From assembly GCA_903813345.2 (NCBI GenBank), contig CAIIXF020000001.1, positions 28,830,001-28,894,000 on the forward strand: a DNA stretch of 64,000 bases. The letters run 5' to 3'. The notes beneath the pieces were generated by a model, which was not told where the DNA came from, searched no databases, and worked only from the letters and a program-made list of their open reading frames with translations. Position 1 is the stretch's first letter; each line of letters begins with the position of its first letter. The translations under genes and the position numbers were made by a program. Of this stretch, positions 41,801 through 52,700 are shown one piece after another. The DNA comes from Owenia fusiformis (lineage: Eukaryota).

Positions 41801-44800
41801 CAGTCCTATTTCATTGAAATTTTCAGTCCTTGCTATTATTCACACGTAGCTGGTGAATATGCATTACATACACTGAATTAAGATTATCATGAAGTATTTT
41901 TTGAAATATGTGTACGAACCAGTGCTCTGAGCTGCTTTCATCAGACCCCTTCTGAATACCTCCTTCAATCGAGGCTTCATGTGGAAGTTCTTAGCTCCTC
42001 CAGTTACAGAAATCAAAAGATTTGGCTTCTCCAACTGCCACTGTCCCATTAACAGCTCAATCATTGTCTTCATCTCAGTCTCAGCATCAACACGCACATA
42101 CTGCAAATAGATGTAAGACATATACAGGGTGTCAAAAAACAACGGCACCCCTCTCTACAGCAAAAAGTACTGAATGCTACATGGTGTGTTATACCTCATT
42201 TTAAAGACAATTGAATTCTGGAGTTACCTGAGAAATTTCAGCTTTATATCATATAATTTTACAGATTTACAGCTGATTCTTAGTAGTTGGTATGACCACC
42301 AGTTGCTGCTCAAACAGCAGCTTATCAGGACAGATATGATTTCAATAAAAATTCACATAAAAGTGTAGCATTGCATAATCCTCTTCGCTCTTTGTCCATC
42401 AGTTCCTATACCCTGTTTTTCAGAAATGAACCCATATGTTCAGTGCAGTTCAAATCTGGGGTAATTCTTTCATATTTCACTTTCTGAAGATTTGACTTTT
42501 AACCAGTAACAGAGCAGCAAACAAAGTACCAAAGTAGCAAACTTTGAAACAATGTAGCTTTTTTAATATTAAGTTTTATTAAATGAAATTTGATGAGTAA
42601 CTCAAGAATTAAATTATCTTTCAAATGAGGTATGACATGATATGGAACATTAAGGACTTTATGCTGTAGAGGGGGGTGCCGTTGTTTTTTGACACCCTGT
42701 ACAGTACTACTATTATCCACTGAAGAGTAATTTGTATAATGTGGAACACTGGATAGTGTATTTCAGGGTTATTGCCTCTTGGTTTACTTGTTCTTTCAGG
42801 ATGTAATCCATTGAATCTATTGATGCCGTTGGACTTATTGATATTGTAGTAACGCTAGAATTAGTTTTGGGGCAACTCTTCACCGAGTTCAAACAGAAGA
42901 TTGGAAACATGAGAGGGAATTCAAAAATTTGCTATTGTTAGATTTAGGAGTTACCTTATTCTAGCATCAGCCCAACTTTGATTATTTTTAAATCAAAATA
43001 TGAACAAGCCCTTTTTAACTAATTTTTTAATTATTTTAAAACACCAGATTACCAAGCATTCTCAAGTAAAATAAATCAATTTGTGCTACTTATGATCTAC
43101 AATCACATAAAAGTACATGTATGAATATAAATGGCATACTTTACTGATCTTCTGACCAAATCCTAAGAATTCCACCTCCCCAAAAGCATCTGTAGGTTTG
43201 GTAGTTGTGTGTGTGCTAGGGGACCAGTTTTTATTTCTGGGTTCTGCATCTGGACTAAGAGCCTCTTCTGTGTGTTCGGACCGCTTGAGATTACATATAC
43301 ATAGAGGGTCCCTGTAATACGGAAAATATACAGTCTGATAATTTTTCAACTTGTAAAGTCTATACGACTGGGGGAAAGAAGAGAGTTGACTTGATTAATG
43401 TAAAGTTTTTTTTAATCAAACAAAGGTTAGAAAATTAAACATCTGAAAATTAGTTAAAAAAAGATTGTACTGTTGCAGAAAAGTATATTCAATAAAAGAA
43501 GATTTTAAAATCAAGAAGGTAAACCAAACACACACAAACATGTTATTAATGTGCTGTAGAATTTTGTTAAATAAGATTAAAATACCATAATGGTATGTGA
43601 TAACTAATACATATAAATGTGTTATCATTTTGTCACCTTGTCATTTTTTCATGCTGAAAATTTTTAAGAATCAAAATCTTAACAATTTTATGCACCAATT
43701 TTCAAATGTGGGATTTCAAATACACCCAGAATGAATTCTGTTTTTAGTGAGTGGATCTGTGAAGTAAGAAATCACATTTACAATGGTGAACAATTGTAAA
43801 TTCAGGCAAGATTTCTTGACAAATAGAATTATAGACCAAAATCAATAGCATCTGCCTCAACACATGCTTCAATCAACTTATCTGGGATACTTTTTGAGGT
43901 ATTGTATTATAAAGGGCTCGTCTATTTTCTATTTCTATTTTCTATTCATATATAAAGGGTTGGTCTATTTTGCATAACGGTATTTATTAAATAGGTTTAC
44001 AACCTGTAAAAGGGGAAAAGGTGGGACCTTACCTATTGGTAGATGAGCCCTGGGGGCACGGAGGGGCATTTCTTATAGGTGGCAGGGTTGTTTTTGCTTT
44101 ACTGTAACAAATCAAGGCACTTAAAGAGATGCAGAACTTATGGCTGAATTATTGAAATATACATGCATGATAATTATAAGATTAAGAATAATGAAATTCA
44201 TCCTATGAGTAAGGAAGAGAATACAAAAGAAAATAAGGTTATGTTATGGTGAAATTGCTGATAGAGTATCATTTCTCTATGCATATAGGCTTTAAACATA
44301 GACTATCTTTATCATTTCATGCAAAAACAAGAAATTTAAGATTCCTGAAACTGATTCAATTGATAAAACAAGATATAAACATGCAAAATGTCACCACCTG
44401 CCATCTATGACAGACACCGAACTCCCAACACAAAAAAACTTGGATACTGTAACAATATGTCACCATTTATGGTGGTGACATGAATTTTCACTTTTCCAAT
44501 ATTTTATCAAAAATATAATAAAAAGTATTTTCCAAGAAAGTTTTATTACATGTTCTCAAAACCATTTCATACTGAAAATTGAAAAAAAACTGAAAAGTGA
44601 TTTCTGTTCCATACCAGAGTCAATGACCACAACAAAAAGAAAATAATGTACAATGTAGAGCAGTGTTTGAAATTACAGTGCAATTCTCAAAACATCTTTT
44701 TGTATCTAAAGCTTTGTTTTTCTTCCCCCGTTTACATTTGAAAGAAATCAATCAGTGGCATTACTACTTATAATTTGAGCTAGTTGATTGGCTTTAGAAG

Positions 44801-47800
44801 AAGCAATATTCTCAGTCCTGAACATGTAACTTGAAACACATAATCAATTAATAAAAAACAATTCTATAAATGAATAAGTAACCAATTCGAGAAAATATTT
44901 AAAAGCAAAACATATTCTCTAAATATTACTAGTATTGCATGCAATTGGTCAATATCAATGATATCAGCCATAAATAACTACTGTCAGAAACAAAATAAAT
45001 GAGCAAGTATTAATTAATAAATATATTTATAAAGCTAGTGTTTTAAATTAACTACAGTAAGCGATTAAAAAGTAGTTCAGACAAAAAAAGGTTTACTTAT
45101 TAACTAAATGGTATTTATTATTATTATTTATTTATTTATTTAAGTGCCACGCACCTTAATCGGCACCCAGCCTTATCAGGCTTCAAGAGCATTCTAGAAG
45201 AAAATGTTTCTCAGTTTCTATATGTCCACATTTACATGCCTCACAGAGACTTTGTTCAACAGCAAGGCCTTTATATCGACCGGTTTCTATGTTCAAGAGA
45301 AGAGTACCTGACCGAATTCTAGCAATAACAGATCTTTGATTCCTTGATAAAAATGATTTTATATAATCCTCTGTACCAAAATTGTCTTTAATTAACTTAT
45401 ATGTACGTAACTTTGGCATTGTAGTTATTTGAACTGTCCATTTATGTATAAAGCGATTCATTTCAGAATCTTTTACAGTTTTTAATGTTGACCTTGCACT
45501 TGAATTATTAAAGAAACGTTCATTATAGAGGTCTAAAAGGTTAGAATTTTAAAATATATCTTTAACCTCTTTACACCATCCTTTATGGCCTTTTTCAGCA
45601 TTGGCATAGTCAAAGTCAAATATTCTTCGTGTAATCCTTGTTCTTGGCATTCTACTAAGTCGGATGAATAAACGAACCATTTCAACATGGTGCCTAACAC
45701 ATGGTGGTATCCAGCCTATATCGCCATACATAGCCGGAATGGGAGCATATTTCCCTAAGCCCATAAATGTTCTCATGGCACGGTTTTGGACAGTATTTGG
45801 TTTGTCGTAGTCTTTATAGCCCCAAACTCCAGCCCCGTAATCCATGATGGGGATAACGGTTGCATTATACATCTTTGTGAATGTCGAATAATGAAGTCCA
45901 TTAATAGAATAATATTTTCCAATAAGAGCGCCAAGGGAGCGAGAACTTGCATCAGCTAGAGTTGAAACCATTTCAGTGTAGTCGAGAGTCTCATTCATAA
46001 CAACTCCGAGATAGCGATAAGAGTTTATTTTTCCAATTTTTGCATCCCCTAGCACAAATATTGTTTCTGTTAACGCTGTCGACGCTCTCCTAAAGTGCAC
46101 TACTTTCGTTTTTTCAACATTTACTGTCAGTCGCCACTTATATATCCAATCATGAAGACAGTTCAGCATTTGTTGCAACTAAATGGTATAGGCTAAACTA
46201 AGGAATGGTTTATGGTCAATGATTGCAGGGCATTGCATGATATTGTCAAGTGGAATTGGAAAATAACATGGCAACTGTAATATTATAGACCATTTGCTAT
46301 ATACATGGAAAAATAGATGGCAGCATGGGAGTTAGTAGGGCCAGAATACATGGACACATATAGCAAGAGTCACTTAATTTCTTGTTTTAACAAGTTATAC
46401 CATTTGGATCAACGTAAGACTATTCTGACAAGCTGCTCACAAACCATTAAAGACTACACAATACTCGGGGAGCCCCTTAAATAAAGTGAGGGTGAGGATC
46501 ATGCAAAAAAAGGTGGCCCCTACCTAGGGGTAGGAGTCATGCACTTTTCAAGGTAAGCCTGATAACGCATGCAGATGAGGTTCATGCTCAACACAGGGTA
46601 CCTGTGATATCACCAAAGCAATGCATATAGCAGATTTCCTTACATATCTTTTTGTAATTCTTGAGATGAGGTGTTTTTTCCCATTTGAAGCATGGTTTCC
46701 TCTTGAGTCGACATATTTTCTCGAATAAGAGTTTCCTGACGATACATGGTATTTTCCATAACATGTGTCTGGACTCTTTAAAAAATACAGATCTATTTAA
46801 ACAACATACAGTATTAGGTTAAATCAAATATATACTCAAGAAATAAAGATAGTGTGAGATTTATTAGTACTGTAGATGCGCACCACGCATTATCACACAT
46901 ACTGTAAGCATAAGTGAGATAATTTAAATTATAAATTAAAATACTACCAACTAAATATTCAATACACACACATAACACACATACATATATATAAAACACA
47001 AGTAAATTAATAAATAAGACAATTCAAAAAAATATGCAGTAAAATTAAGTAGCAAAGAAATGCTTCATTTATGATTTTCAAGTGAAGAAATTTTTCAGAA
47101 CATTCCAGTCATGTACATGTTTACTCTAAGAATATAGAAAATATAGAAAAAAAGAAATGAAATACAGTAAATACAGAGACTTACTCTTTTTGGATGACTT
47201 TTCCATTTTTATCAGATTCTTGCTTCTCTACAAATTTCTTACAGACTCGTTTGTTGATATGGCTGGTTATCCAGTTGGTTTCAATCGACTAAAAACATAA
47301 AAGTAAAATCGCTTTAAAATGACTATGCACCATTTAATGACATGTACATATAAGAATATAAAGGCAATGCACACATATACATGCCCCCCCCATTCATGTT
47401 GATAACAGAGAAGTAAAATGTTAAAATGACTATGTACCATTTAATGACATATACGAATATAAAGGCAATGTACATATACATGTTGATAACAGAGAAGTCA
47501 AAGTAAAATGTTAAAATAAAATTGAAACAGATAAAGGATGTTGAACTGTTACTTAAGAACTTTTTGACATTAACATTGCCAATCTCATGAATAACAATAG
47601 GTCAAAGCTATAGAACAAAAAATAAAAACTTTTTGTCCAAATTCCATGAGTAAATGTCTAGAGCTGTAGTTCATGAGCTGTAGTTCATGACTTTTTGAAG
47701 AATTTCTCATCCCAACAGCAACTTATAAGCATCACGTGATACTTATATACATCATGTAATCTATCTGATATGTAAATGAAAATATGATTTTTTGACAAAA

Positions 47801-48002
47801 TTGCCATTTTCTCAAAAACTGGGAAAACTCAAGAAATTGTAATTGAAAGACAAAAATATGTTATGGATAAATGTGTATTTTTGCAAGCTAGTGTACTTAC
47901 TGAGTTATCCTCTGAGACAGGTATCCCAGGATGAACCTTGGTTGATGGAGGCCTGAATGCACCATAGACAGTCTTTGCTCGTCTTACACCATGCTGGAAC
48001 AT
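2896..48002 (-). CDS. TRPM2: TRPM2-like Ca2+-permeable cation channel with C-terminal NUDT9-homology domain, ~1674 aa. Coding exons in transcript order: 48002-47901, 47288-47185, 46775-46644, 44101-44033, 43311-43140, 42100-41920, 41628-41465, 41104-40921, 31358-31154, 30789-30584, 26016-25916, 23834-23700, 23427-23356, 22831-22630, 20160-20051, 19293-19190, 18573-18348, 17926-17807, 17653-17544, 14553-14406, 13673-13545, 13140-12886, 12328-12154, 11957-11801, 11552-11362, 10304-10172, 8802-8691, 8296-8188, 7958-7801, 7130-7042, 5204-5016, 4677-4572, 4361-4221, 3946-3833, 3015-2896
   Basis: Manual splicing with AG/GT sites and matching phases gives one open frame (5025 nt incl. TAG). TRPM motifs: [130 protein letters not shown]9-like motifs: [54 protein letters not shown]. 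The start codon and the two small N-terminal exons (46775-46644, 44101-44033) are less certain; strict orthology to vertebrate TRPM2 is not proven. Confidence 0.93.
3453..3512 (-). CDS. Candidate 60-nt in-frame cassette exon of the TRPM gene ([20 protein letters not shown])
   Basis: Inside the last intron: acceptor TTTGTTTTTCAG and donor AGA|GTAAGT, phase 0/0 matching the flanking exons, no stop codon. Confidence 0.55.
5504..7002 (-). mobile_element. 5'-truncated non-LTR retrotransposon (LINE; RT C-terminal half plus Cys/His zinc-knuckle-like tail), ORF open to the stop at 5741
   Basis: [17 protein letters not shown] catalytic motif (IYADDT), [38 protein letters not shown] plus short A-tail at the 3' end; candidate TSD ATAAAC at 5498-5503 and 7003-7008. 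Confidence 0.92.
9019..10167. repeat. 35-bp minisatellite, ~33 copies (GTACCATAGACTGGCAAGTACAGGAATGCAGACAT), starting at a TRPM splice donor
   Basis: Head-to-tail near-identical units with no unique spacers. Confidence 0.97.
14199..14371. repeat. ~170-bp imperfect palindrome (fold-back element); related fragment at ~24993-25019
   Basis: GTAGCATTCGCGAATTCAACTGCCAGCTG pairs with CAGCTGGCAGCTGAATATGTGAACACTAC; inner TCATTTAAATATGAAT pairs with ATTCATATTTAAATGA. Confidence 0.7.
14828..15228. mobile_element. Partial copy of the MITE family also seen at 58108-58709
   Basis: Shared GACCAATGCCATACCAAATG units and terminal GGATCCC..CAAGGTTTATATA(C/T)AGTGAACCCC. Confidence 0.7.
15906..15912 (+). promoter_or_regulatory. 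TATA box of the nested Tyr-rich gene
   Basis: CTATATAAGA followed ~28 nt later by TCAGT (Inr-like); ATG at 15973. Confidence 0.7.
15973..16891 (+). CDS. Nested secreted Tyr/Ser-rich repeat protein with C-terminal partial chitin-binding type-2 (CBM14/peritrophin-A-like) domain, ~185 aa; exons 15973-16037 and 16399-16891
   Basis: Signal-peptide-like [17 protein letters not shown], donor AC|GTAAGT, acceptor TTTTGCAG, phase 2 matches. APSYNSY-type repeats; CFWQC...[20 protein letters not shown] at ~17012. Confidence 0.85.
20249..22364 (+). mobile_element. Non-autonomous LTR retroelement: LTR1 20249-21191, ~230-bp internal region, LTR2 21422-22364
   Basis: Two 943-bp direct repeats, each TGTCAC...GTGACA, with ~6 mismatches by eye; 5-bp TSD GTTTA (20244-20248, 22365-22369); PBS TGGGGGCTCGTCCG at 21193-21206; GGGGGTAA purine tract before LTR2; no gag/pol. 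Confidence 0.95.
21193..21206 (+). promoter_or_regulatory. Primer-binding site complementary to the tRNA-Pro 3' end
   Basis: TGGGGGCTCGTCCG equals the first 14 nt of the canonical tRNA-Pro PBS (TGGGGGCTCGTCCGGGAT), 1 nt after LTR1. Confidence 0.9.
23920..24860. repeat. Cluster of long palindromes (24251-24390, ~24745-24853, ~23924-23984) with an A-rich low-complexity tract; probable non-autonomous DNA element(s)
   Basis: TTATCCTATA..GGTTCAGGATATTGGGATTATCCC pairs with GGGATAATCCCAATATCCTGAACC..TATAGGATAA around a CCCTCGGG-rich centre; a second hairpin is centred on GGTCCCTATGGTCCC. Confidence 0.7.
26085..27155. mobile_element. Tc1/mariner-type non-autonomous DNA transposon
   Basis: ~33-bp TIRs CAGGGTGTCCGGAAAGTAAAGATACAAAT(A/G)CTCT flanked by TA on both sides; no transposase ORF. 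Confidence 0.9.
27505..27780 (+). mobile_element. Degenerate pearl/HINE-like element just upstream of the glycosyltransferase
   Basis: AACAGCAACGC..ATCCCA 5' part, (GACA)n microsatellite, GGGATAA end, same layout as 32631-33397. Confidence 0.5.
27866..29110 (+). CDS. Nested intronless GT-A fold family-2 glycosyltransferase, similar to the beta-1,4-N-acetylgalactosaminyltransferase (B4GALNT1/2) catalytic domain; type II membrane protein (start Met 27866 or 27917)
   Basis: 414-aa ORF: hydrophobic anchor [53 protein letters not shown] (DXD), NTFLAKT, GGWD, EHFEFF. Confidence 0.88.
   Translation: MTYKHLKHTILIKIKHNMGSFLPLSFMALFGLLLLIITYTENNLTTRRSGLGSEISMCRHLRYLSDEHKPKSKKTELKMNIIGYDEMAKCNQDACSLNSKREPPKIRIDTQIPCIHVKDCVTIICKTRHRLDLVKRMILSVWKYYPGMEVIVVDDYNENFPNETEWQSFVLVNHNVHYLQSLVWAGTSYGRNIAVRMVKTKYFFQLDDDNLFLPETNLEKLVNVLENTDISIVAAHYNDAAYFGSMSIGHDDTNGTVLHHYKHVVFGRVPCFSDCYSLDVPQNTFLAKTNHIKQSGGWDREVRTIEHFEFFINTRKEKLKIAVCLDVEITEKSPVPNLLRSSRSPKKQVYLPMILDKWNLDNWLMFCDPERYYHPGGENKNCSGDALRKSQISSKRFARKDVEGIQDNLKFDKN
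31736..31928. mobile_element. Short MITE with CAG...CTG termini and 5-bp TSD (hAT-like)
   Basis: TIR CAGGCCCGTAGCCAG / CTGGCTACGGGCCTG; GGGTT on both flanks. Confidence 0.85.
32631..33397. mobile_element. pearl/HINE-like (Helentron-associated) non-autonomous element
   Basis: Terminal hairpin ACTCCGCGGAGT, subterminal inverted repeats ATCCCAACGAAC (32661) / GTTCGTTGGGAT (33383), internal ~140-bp duplicated core, (GACG)n microsatellite. Confidence 0.8.
33620..36500 (-). pseudogene. Decayed LINE related to the 5504-7002 element, interrupted by a HINE-like insertion
   Basis: Fragments [56 protein letters not shown]; many frameshifts and stops; 3' UTR similar to 5505-5590. Confidence 0.85.
35586..36240. 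mobile_element. pearl/HINE-like element inserted into the LINE, with three ~120-135-bp core repeats
   Basis: Subterminal ATCCCATCAAAC / GTTCGATGGGAT; tandem cores starting AAAATGGCAGCCATTTTTCAAAAT; (GACG)n microsatellite; LINE homology resumes on both sides. Confidence 0.85.
36842..40569 (+). CDS. CPED1: Nested CPED1-like protein (N-terminal TM anchor, cadherin-like domain, PC-esterase/SGNH-like domain), ~533 aa; exons 36842-37067, 37254-37467, 38032-38342, 38562-38698, 38862-39082, 39535-39694, 40020-40178, 40396-40569
   Basis: Phase-consistent GT-AG splicing. Motifs [83 protein letters not shown] resemble the C-terminal half of CPED1 as I recall it; likely a paralog-level match. Confidence 0.87.
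39090..39275. mobile_element. Small MITE-like repeat; related copy at ~53894-54040
   Basis: GAAACCTG/CAGGTTT termini and repeated GGAACACCTC motifs shared between the two sites. Confidence 0.55.
42125..42699. mobile_element. Tc1/mariner-type MITE with long TIRs
   Basis: CAGGGTGTCAAAAAACAACGGCACCC..CTCTACAGCA at both ends (inverted), TA flanks; imperfect inversion extends >100 bp. Confidence 0.9.
45115..46176 (-). mobile_element. 5'-truncated, inactivated LINE (RT C-terminal region plus zinc-knuckle-like tail), different family from 5504-7002
   Basis: [57 protein letters not shown]; in-frame stop at 45549; (AAT/TAAA)n tail; 13-bp TSD AACTAAATGGTAT at 45102-45114 and 46177-46189. Confidence 0.92.
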
Positions 48003-48043
48003 AACCACAATCAAATAACATTCAATAAAGAATATCTAGTTAA

Positions 48044-48531
48044 ACCTGCACATCGCTCCAAAACGCAATATGTTGACATATATTGTTTTTACATTTTTAA
48101 GCTCTAATATATAGTTTATGTAAATAAAAATTGTTTTTTTCTGCGTTATATCAAAGAACAATCATTTAGTTAAAAAAATAAAAAGGCGAATGCGGGATTC
48201 GAACCCGGGCCTCCCGCGTGCTAAACGAGAATTGTACCCCTAGACCACCGTCTTCTTATGAATGTTGGAAGTAATTAAACGCTACTTATTTTGAATGCTA
48301 TGATTCGGAAGTGACGTCACGTTCTTCATTTAGAAACTTTTCCAAAATCATATCGTCGGCGCCGATCGAAGCAATTCAATGAATAATCTTTGAAATGACA
48401 CATTTATCGTAAGTATTTCTACACAAGATTTGCCCCATTTGTTCATCATTCTATAATCTTTCATTAGGCTCAAAATGATAAAGTTCACCCCCGAAACAAC
48501 CCAAGATTGCGTTTCGGAGCGCAGTCCAGCT
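48044..48531. mobile_element. TTAA-flanked MITE (Kolobok/piggyBac-type target site) just upstream of the TRPM start codon
   Basis: TTAA at 48040-48043 and 48532-48535; imperfect TIR ACCTGCACATCGCTCCAAAACGCAAT vs reverse complement AGCTGGACTGCGCTCCGAAACGCAAT. Confidence 0.7.
48184..48254 (-). pseudogene. tRNA-like sequence (AGC anticodon, Ala-like) inside the MITE; acceptor stem not formed
   Basis: Reverse strand TGGTCTAGGGGTACAATTCTCGTTTAGCACGCGGGAGGCCCGGGTTCGAATCCC has A box, anticodon arm and B box, but the 5' and 3' ends do not pair. Confidence 0.65.
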
Positions 48532-49747
48532 TTAAATGATAATTTATTCGGCAATTTTTTGGTCTGAAAATGTATGACATATCTTTTTTCTAGTTTTACA
48601 GTGGCCTTGCAATTTAAGACATTTTCCCCATATGGGAGGTGCGGTTTCACAATTTTTTTAGTGAGTAGTCCTATGACGTCGGAGGTGTGCTGATTCCAGG
48701 ACTATTATGATATCACTGATTAACTTAATTTACTGCAATGTTAGTTCCAAATTTAAGAAACAATGTAACACAGAATTGTGGAGATCTGATTTGGAATCAC
48801 GAAAAATAGCCCCACTTGCCCATCATACAAGTAGCTTCAGCATTTCTGACCGATGCACCCAACACAACCTCCACCCCCTCCCTTCCCCCCATCTGATTAC
48901 CCTGCCATATTTTATGTCTCTTTTTAGGGAAGTATTTCAATTGATATAAGGGGCTTCAGTCCCCCCAGCCAAAAATTCTTTCAAAATCATGCCATTTTTC
49001 AACATTCTGAGCATATTTCATGTAAATTAAGGCCAAATTGAAGCCCCTTGGAATTTTCATGAAAAATGACCCCCTCCCCTTGGGAAAAGCTGGATACAGG
49101 CCTTTTTAGTGTTGAAAATACAGAATAACAACTAAATCAGTTGATTTCTCTCAATGGTTATTTAATGGACGTATTTTCTCCCCTTTAAGAACAATGAGGA
49201 CTTGACATACTTTTCAAGTGACAGCAAAAAGCAATTATAAAATAGAACCCACATATGTGTATGTACTTAACTGTATAAGTCTGCATATGTTATCAGAAGC
49301 ATATTAATAGATATGGAAACTTGAAACTAGAACTTGTATGTCACAAAACTTACTTCATGTAAGACAAATGTATTTTTGCAAGCATAAATCTTCGTTCATG
49401 TTTTTTTAACGATCATGAACAAATAATGTCAATTGTCAATAATTTATACTTGATATGGGTAGCAAATATTTCACAAAAATTCCAAAAATTCATTGTACTT
49501 GTTTACCTTTAAAGTATTGAGCAAACATCATAAAGTTTTGAATGTTTGCGAATTGAGAGATTACAAGTAATTAGTAAAGTAAAGTTAATCCTATGTCTAT
49601 TCCTGGCTATGACATTTTAACAAATATAGGTGGCAGATTTATAAGATTCTAAAGTAGATTAAAGGAGTCTAAAGTACTACATGTACCTTAATATTGGCTT
49701 ATCTAAGTATTGATATAATATGGTGTCAGTGTGTGCACGCTAACTGC

Positions 49748-49754
49748 TATATAA
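49748..49754 (+). promoter_or_regulatory. TATA box of the GH3-domain gene
   Basis: CTATATAAGA, 40 nt before ATG 49788. Confidence 0.55.
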
Positions 49755-49787
49755 GACGAGATATTGTACTGTGTCTTGAATATAGAG

Positions 49788-52700
49788 ATGAGTATAGAAG
49801 TAAAGAGTAAGGTTTGTGTCTTGGGTGGAGTGGCCCTGTCCTTGGCTGGATACATATTCCTTAACACACAAGGAGTATGGACATTTATTGTTGCTATAGT
49901 GCTTGGTAAGTGAAACAGGAAGGATTATAACACTTGAGCATTTTTGTTAATTGAAGAAGATTTAGATTTAGATTTTGAAATTTTGTTGCAATATTTTAGG
50001 ATATTTAAGTGCTACATTTTAAAAGACAAATCGAATTTTGTAACTAACTAAGTATGTAACTTCATTTCAAGGTTGTTCCGAAATAATGAGTGACCTATAC
50101 TTTTTGTACTTTTAATTAAAAACTAGGTCACCAAATTTTCTTGATTTCCAAACATGTAGAAAATTATTCAAATTGGTAGGTACAATTGTATACTCTTTGT
50201 GGAAAACTGAGGATGTTGACCATGTATAGAATGAGTTATGTGTTCCTGATATTAACATGGGACTTCAATTAGACAACATAATGACATGGCTGTGATATAT
50301 GAGAATCTGTTAAATACATTCACTGCATCTTGGCATATATGGATATCAATTTTTGATATCATAAACCAGACTGAAGGAGCCCCCCCCTCCCCTTTTTAAA
50401 TTAGCAAATATGTCAAACCATCAGCAAAGAAGGGTAAGAGCTAGTAAGAGGAGGAAATAATCATTTTAGTTTCCCGGGAATTATATGACTACGGAGAATT
50501 CCTGATCAGGTATATATTCATATAAAGATAAATCTTTTCTATCAGGAAATCGATATGTTGTTAATATCTATTTAAAATATTTAATAAAAAAACACTCTCA
50601 TGATTGTTCTTAACCGAATATTTTTTCCTAGGACTATGTGGTGTGGGATGCTTGGATATTCTGCGATTGGAGGTTGCAGAAAGTCTAACCCTTCGTTCAG
50701 TTCTTGGCCTATACATGCTACATAGAATCTTTGGAATACTGAGTCCATTGGCATACAGGTCTATGCTGAAGACTGACCCTAAACAGGCACAGGACAAACT
50801 CCTCATGAAGCTTATCAACGCCAACAAGAATACCAAATATGGAATTGATCATAACTTCTCTATGATCAAATCTCCGGATGATTTCATTGAGCAACATCCA
50901 GTTACTAAATATGATCATTATGAGGCATATTTTGATAGAGTAATTGCAGGGGAGATGAATGTAATTGTTGCCAATTCTACACCAACCTATATCATTCTTA
51001 CATCAGGTACTACTGGAAACAATAAAAAATACCCAGTCTCCAACTCTGGCGCTCACAAAATTGGAAACTTGGAGCTGTTAAAAACCTTTTTGGCATCAAA
51101 CTACATCATACAAAAAACCTTTTCTCCGGAGTTGAAACTGTTGAAAACGTTAGATATTGTCGTAATTCAGGACCCAATATATACAGACGGAGGAATCCCT
51201 ATGGGTGGGCTATCAGGGCGATATAAGATGGCACTGCCAGGCACAGCTACCCCTCGAAGCGTACTTGATGTTTCAACTCAAGATGAGGCTCTTTACTTGT
51301 ATGCCCTTTACGGGATGAAGGAAAGAAAACTGAAGCACATCATGGTTCCATTAGCTACAATTGGTCTTAAATTCTTCCAACTAATAGAGTCCAAGTGGCA
51401 ACACTTATGTGATGACATAGAAATGGGAACAATATGGAAAGGTTTGGACATTGATTCAAAAATCCGAGAAGAATTGGAAAAACAATTGAAAGGAGACAAG
51501 ATCAGAGCAAATGAACTGCGAAATGAATTCAATAAAGGAATTGAAGGAATTGGACCAAGAATATGGAAACATTTGCCAGTTATCACTATGATTTCCACAG
51601 GATCGTTTAAGATATATGGAGATATGGTAAAAGAACGCTACATTGGAGAGCAGATCCCTATTGTATCGCACTGCCACGCAGCCTCTGAGGGTATAATGTC
51701 ACTGAACATGACGCCAGGGCGAAGCTATTCACAGTTCACCTTGAATTCTGGAATGTTCTATGAGTTTCTACCTGTGGATGACGAGAATCCAAAACCTCTG
51801 AGAGTTCATCAAGTAAGTCAAATATAACACAGGACCTAAAATGTTAATCACAATAGTTTTGCCTCTCATATGAAGTTTTTTTTGAAATTCAGATAATTTT
51901 TCTACAATATTTTGTCTTTACCAAAGCTCAAAAGATTTTCAGTGCAACACTCATATTCTAACCCAGAAAATGTTTCCTGAGAAGGTTAGAAAAAACCTGA
52001 ATGATCCATGCTAACATGTCATTTTATATCTACAGATTGAGGTTGGCAAGTGCTATGAACTACTGGTCACCAACAATTATGGACTGTACAGATACAGATT
52101 TGGAGATGTCATCAAGATTGTTGGCCACAATAACAAAATGCCTCTCTATGAATTCCAGTACAGGTACTTGTATATTTCCCTCTATGATACGTATCACATG
52201 AATGAGAATTTTACCTCATCATTCCAGTTGCCTCATAAAACAGTAAAATAAATATAAGTATGTAGATAACGGTTCACTGTCCCTTTGCGGTCTATAGATC
52301 ATAAGATAACTTAAATAAATAAAAATTGTCTCCTTCACTAATCTAAATCCTACCCTATATTTGATTTACATGAGGTTTGTTCATAAGGTATGATTATGCA
52401 TGAGTTTAAGTTCATTAAGCACATTGCTGATTTGTGTCAACAGGGCAGGCCAGATGCTGAATGTTGTATGGGAAAAGACTCCTGAGGGAACATTTATGAA
52501 CGCAGTGGTGAACACTGTAAACCAGCTAAAGGGAGTGAGGATAGTTGATTATACAGCCACTGAGAATGTTAACATAGCTAAGCTTAGAGGTAAGAACTGC
52601 AGAATGCATTCAATCAAAATTTACAAAACCGGGAGATTTAAACAATGCAAGTTTATATATCTCTATTTTGTTATTTAATCCTGAGATTAATAAGTTATCA

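Larger units (their letters stand above)
983..44481 (+). mobile_element. Dispersed short HINE/DINE-1-like family: copies at ~983-1070, 10341-10460, 12692-12830, 14105-14190, 29533-29752, 30803-30888, 39753-39893, 41669-41770, 44366-44481 (longer relative ending at 62784)
   Basis: Shared 5' AACAAGGCATTAACATGC (GCAT-TAAC-ATGC hairpin), subterminal ATGTCACCACC with inverted GGTGGTGACAT at the other end, and a terminal ATGTCACCA..TGGTGACAT stem-loop. Several copies are partial. The Helentron-associated assignment is by architecture only. Confidence 0.7.

Noticed and set aside
48184..48254. Functional tRNA-Ala gene
   Set aside because: Acceptor stem does not pair, T stem is imperfect, and it sits inside a MITE.
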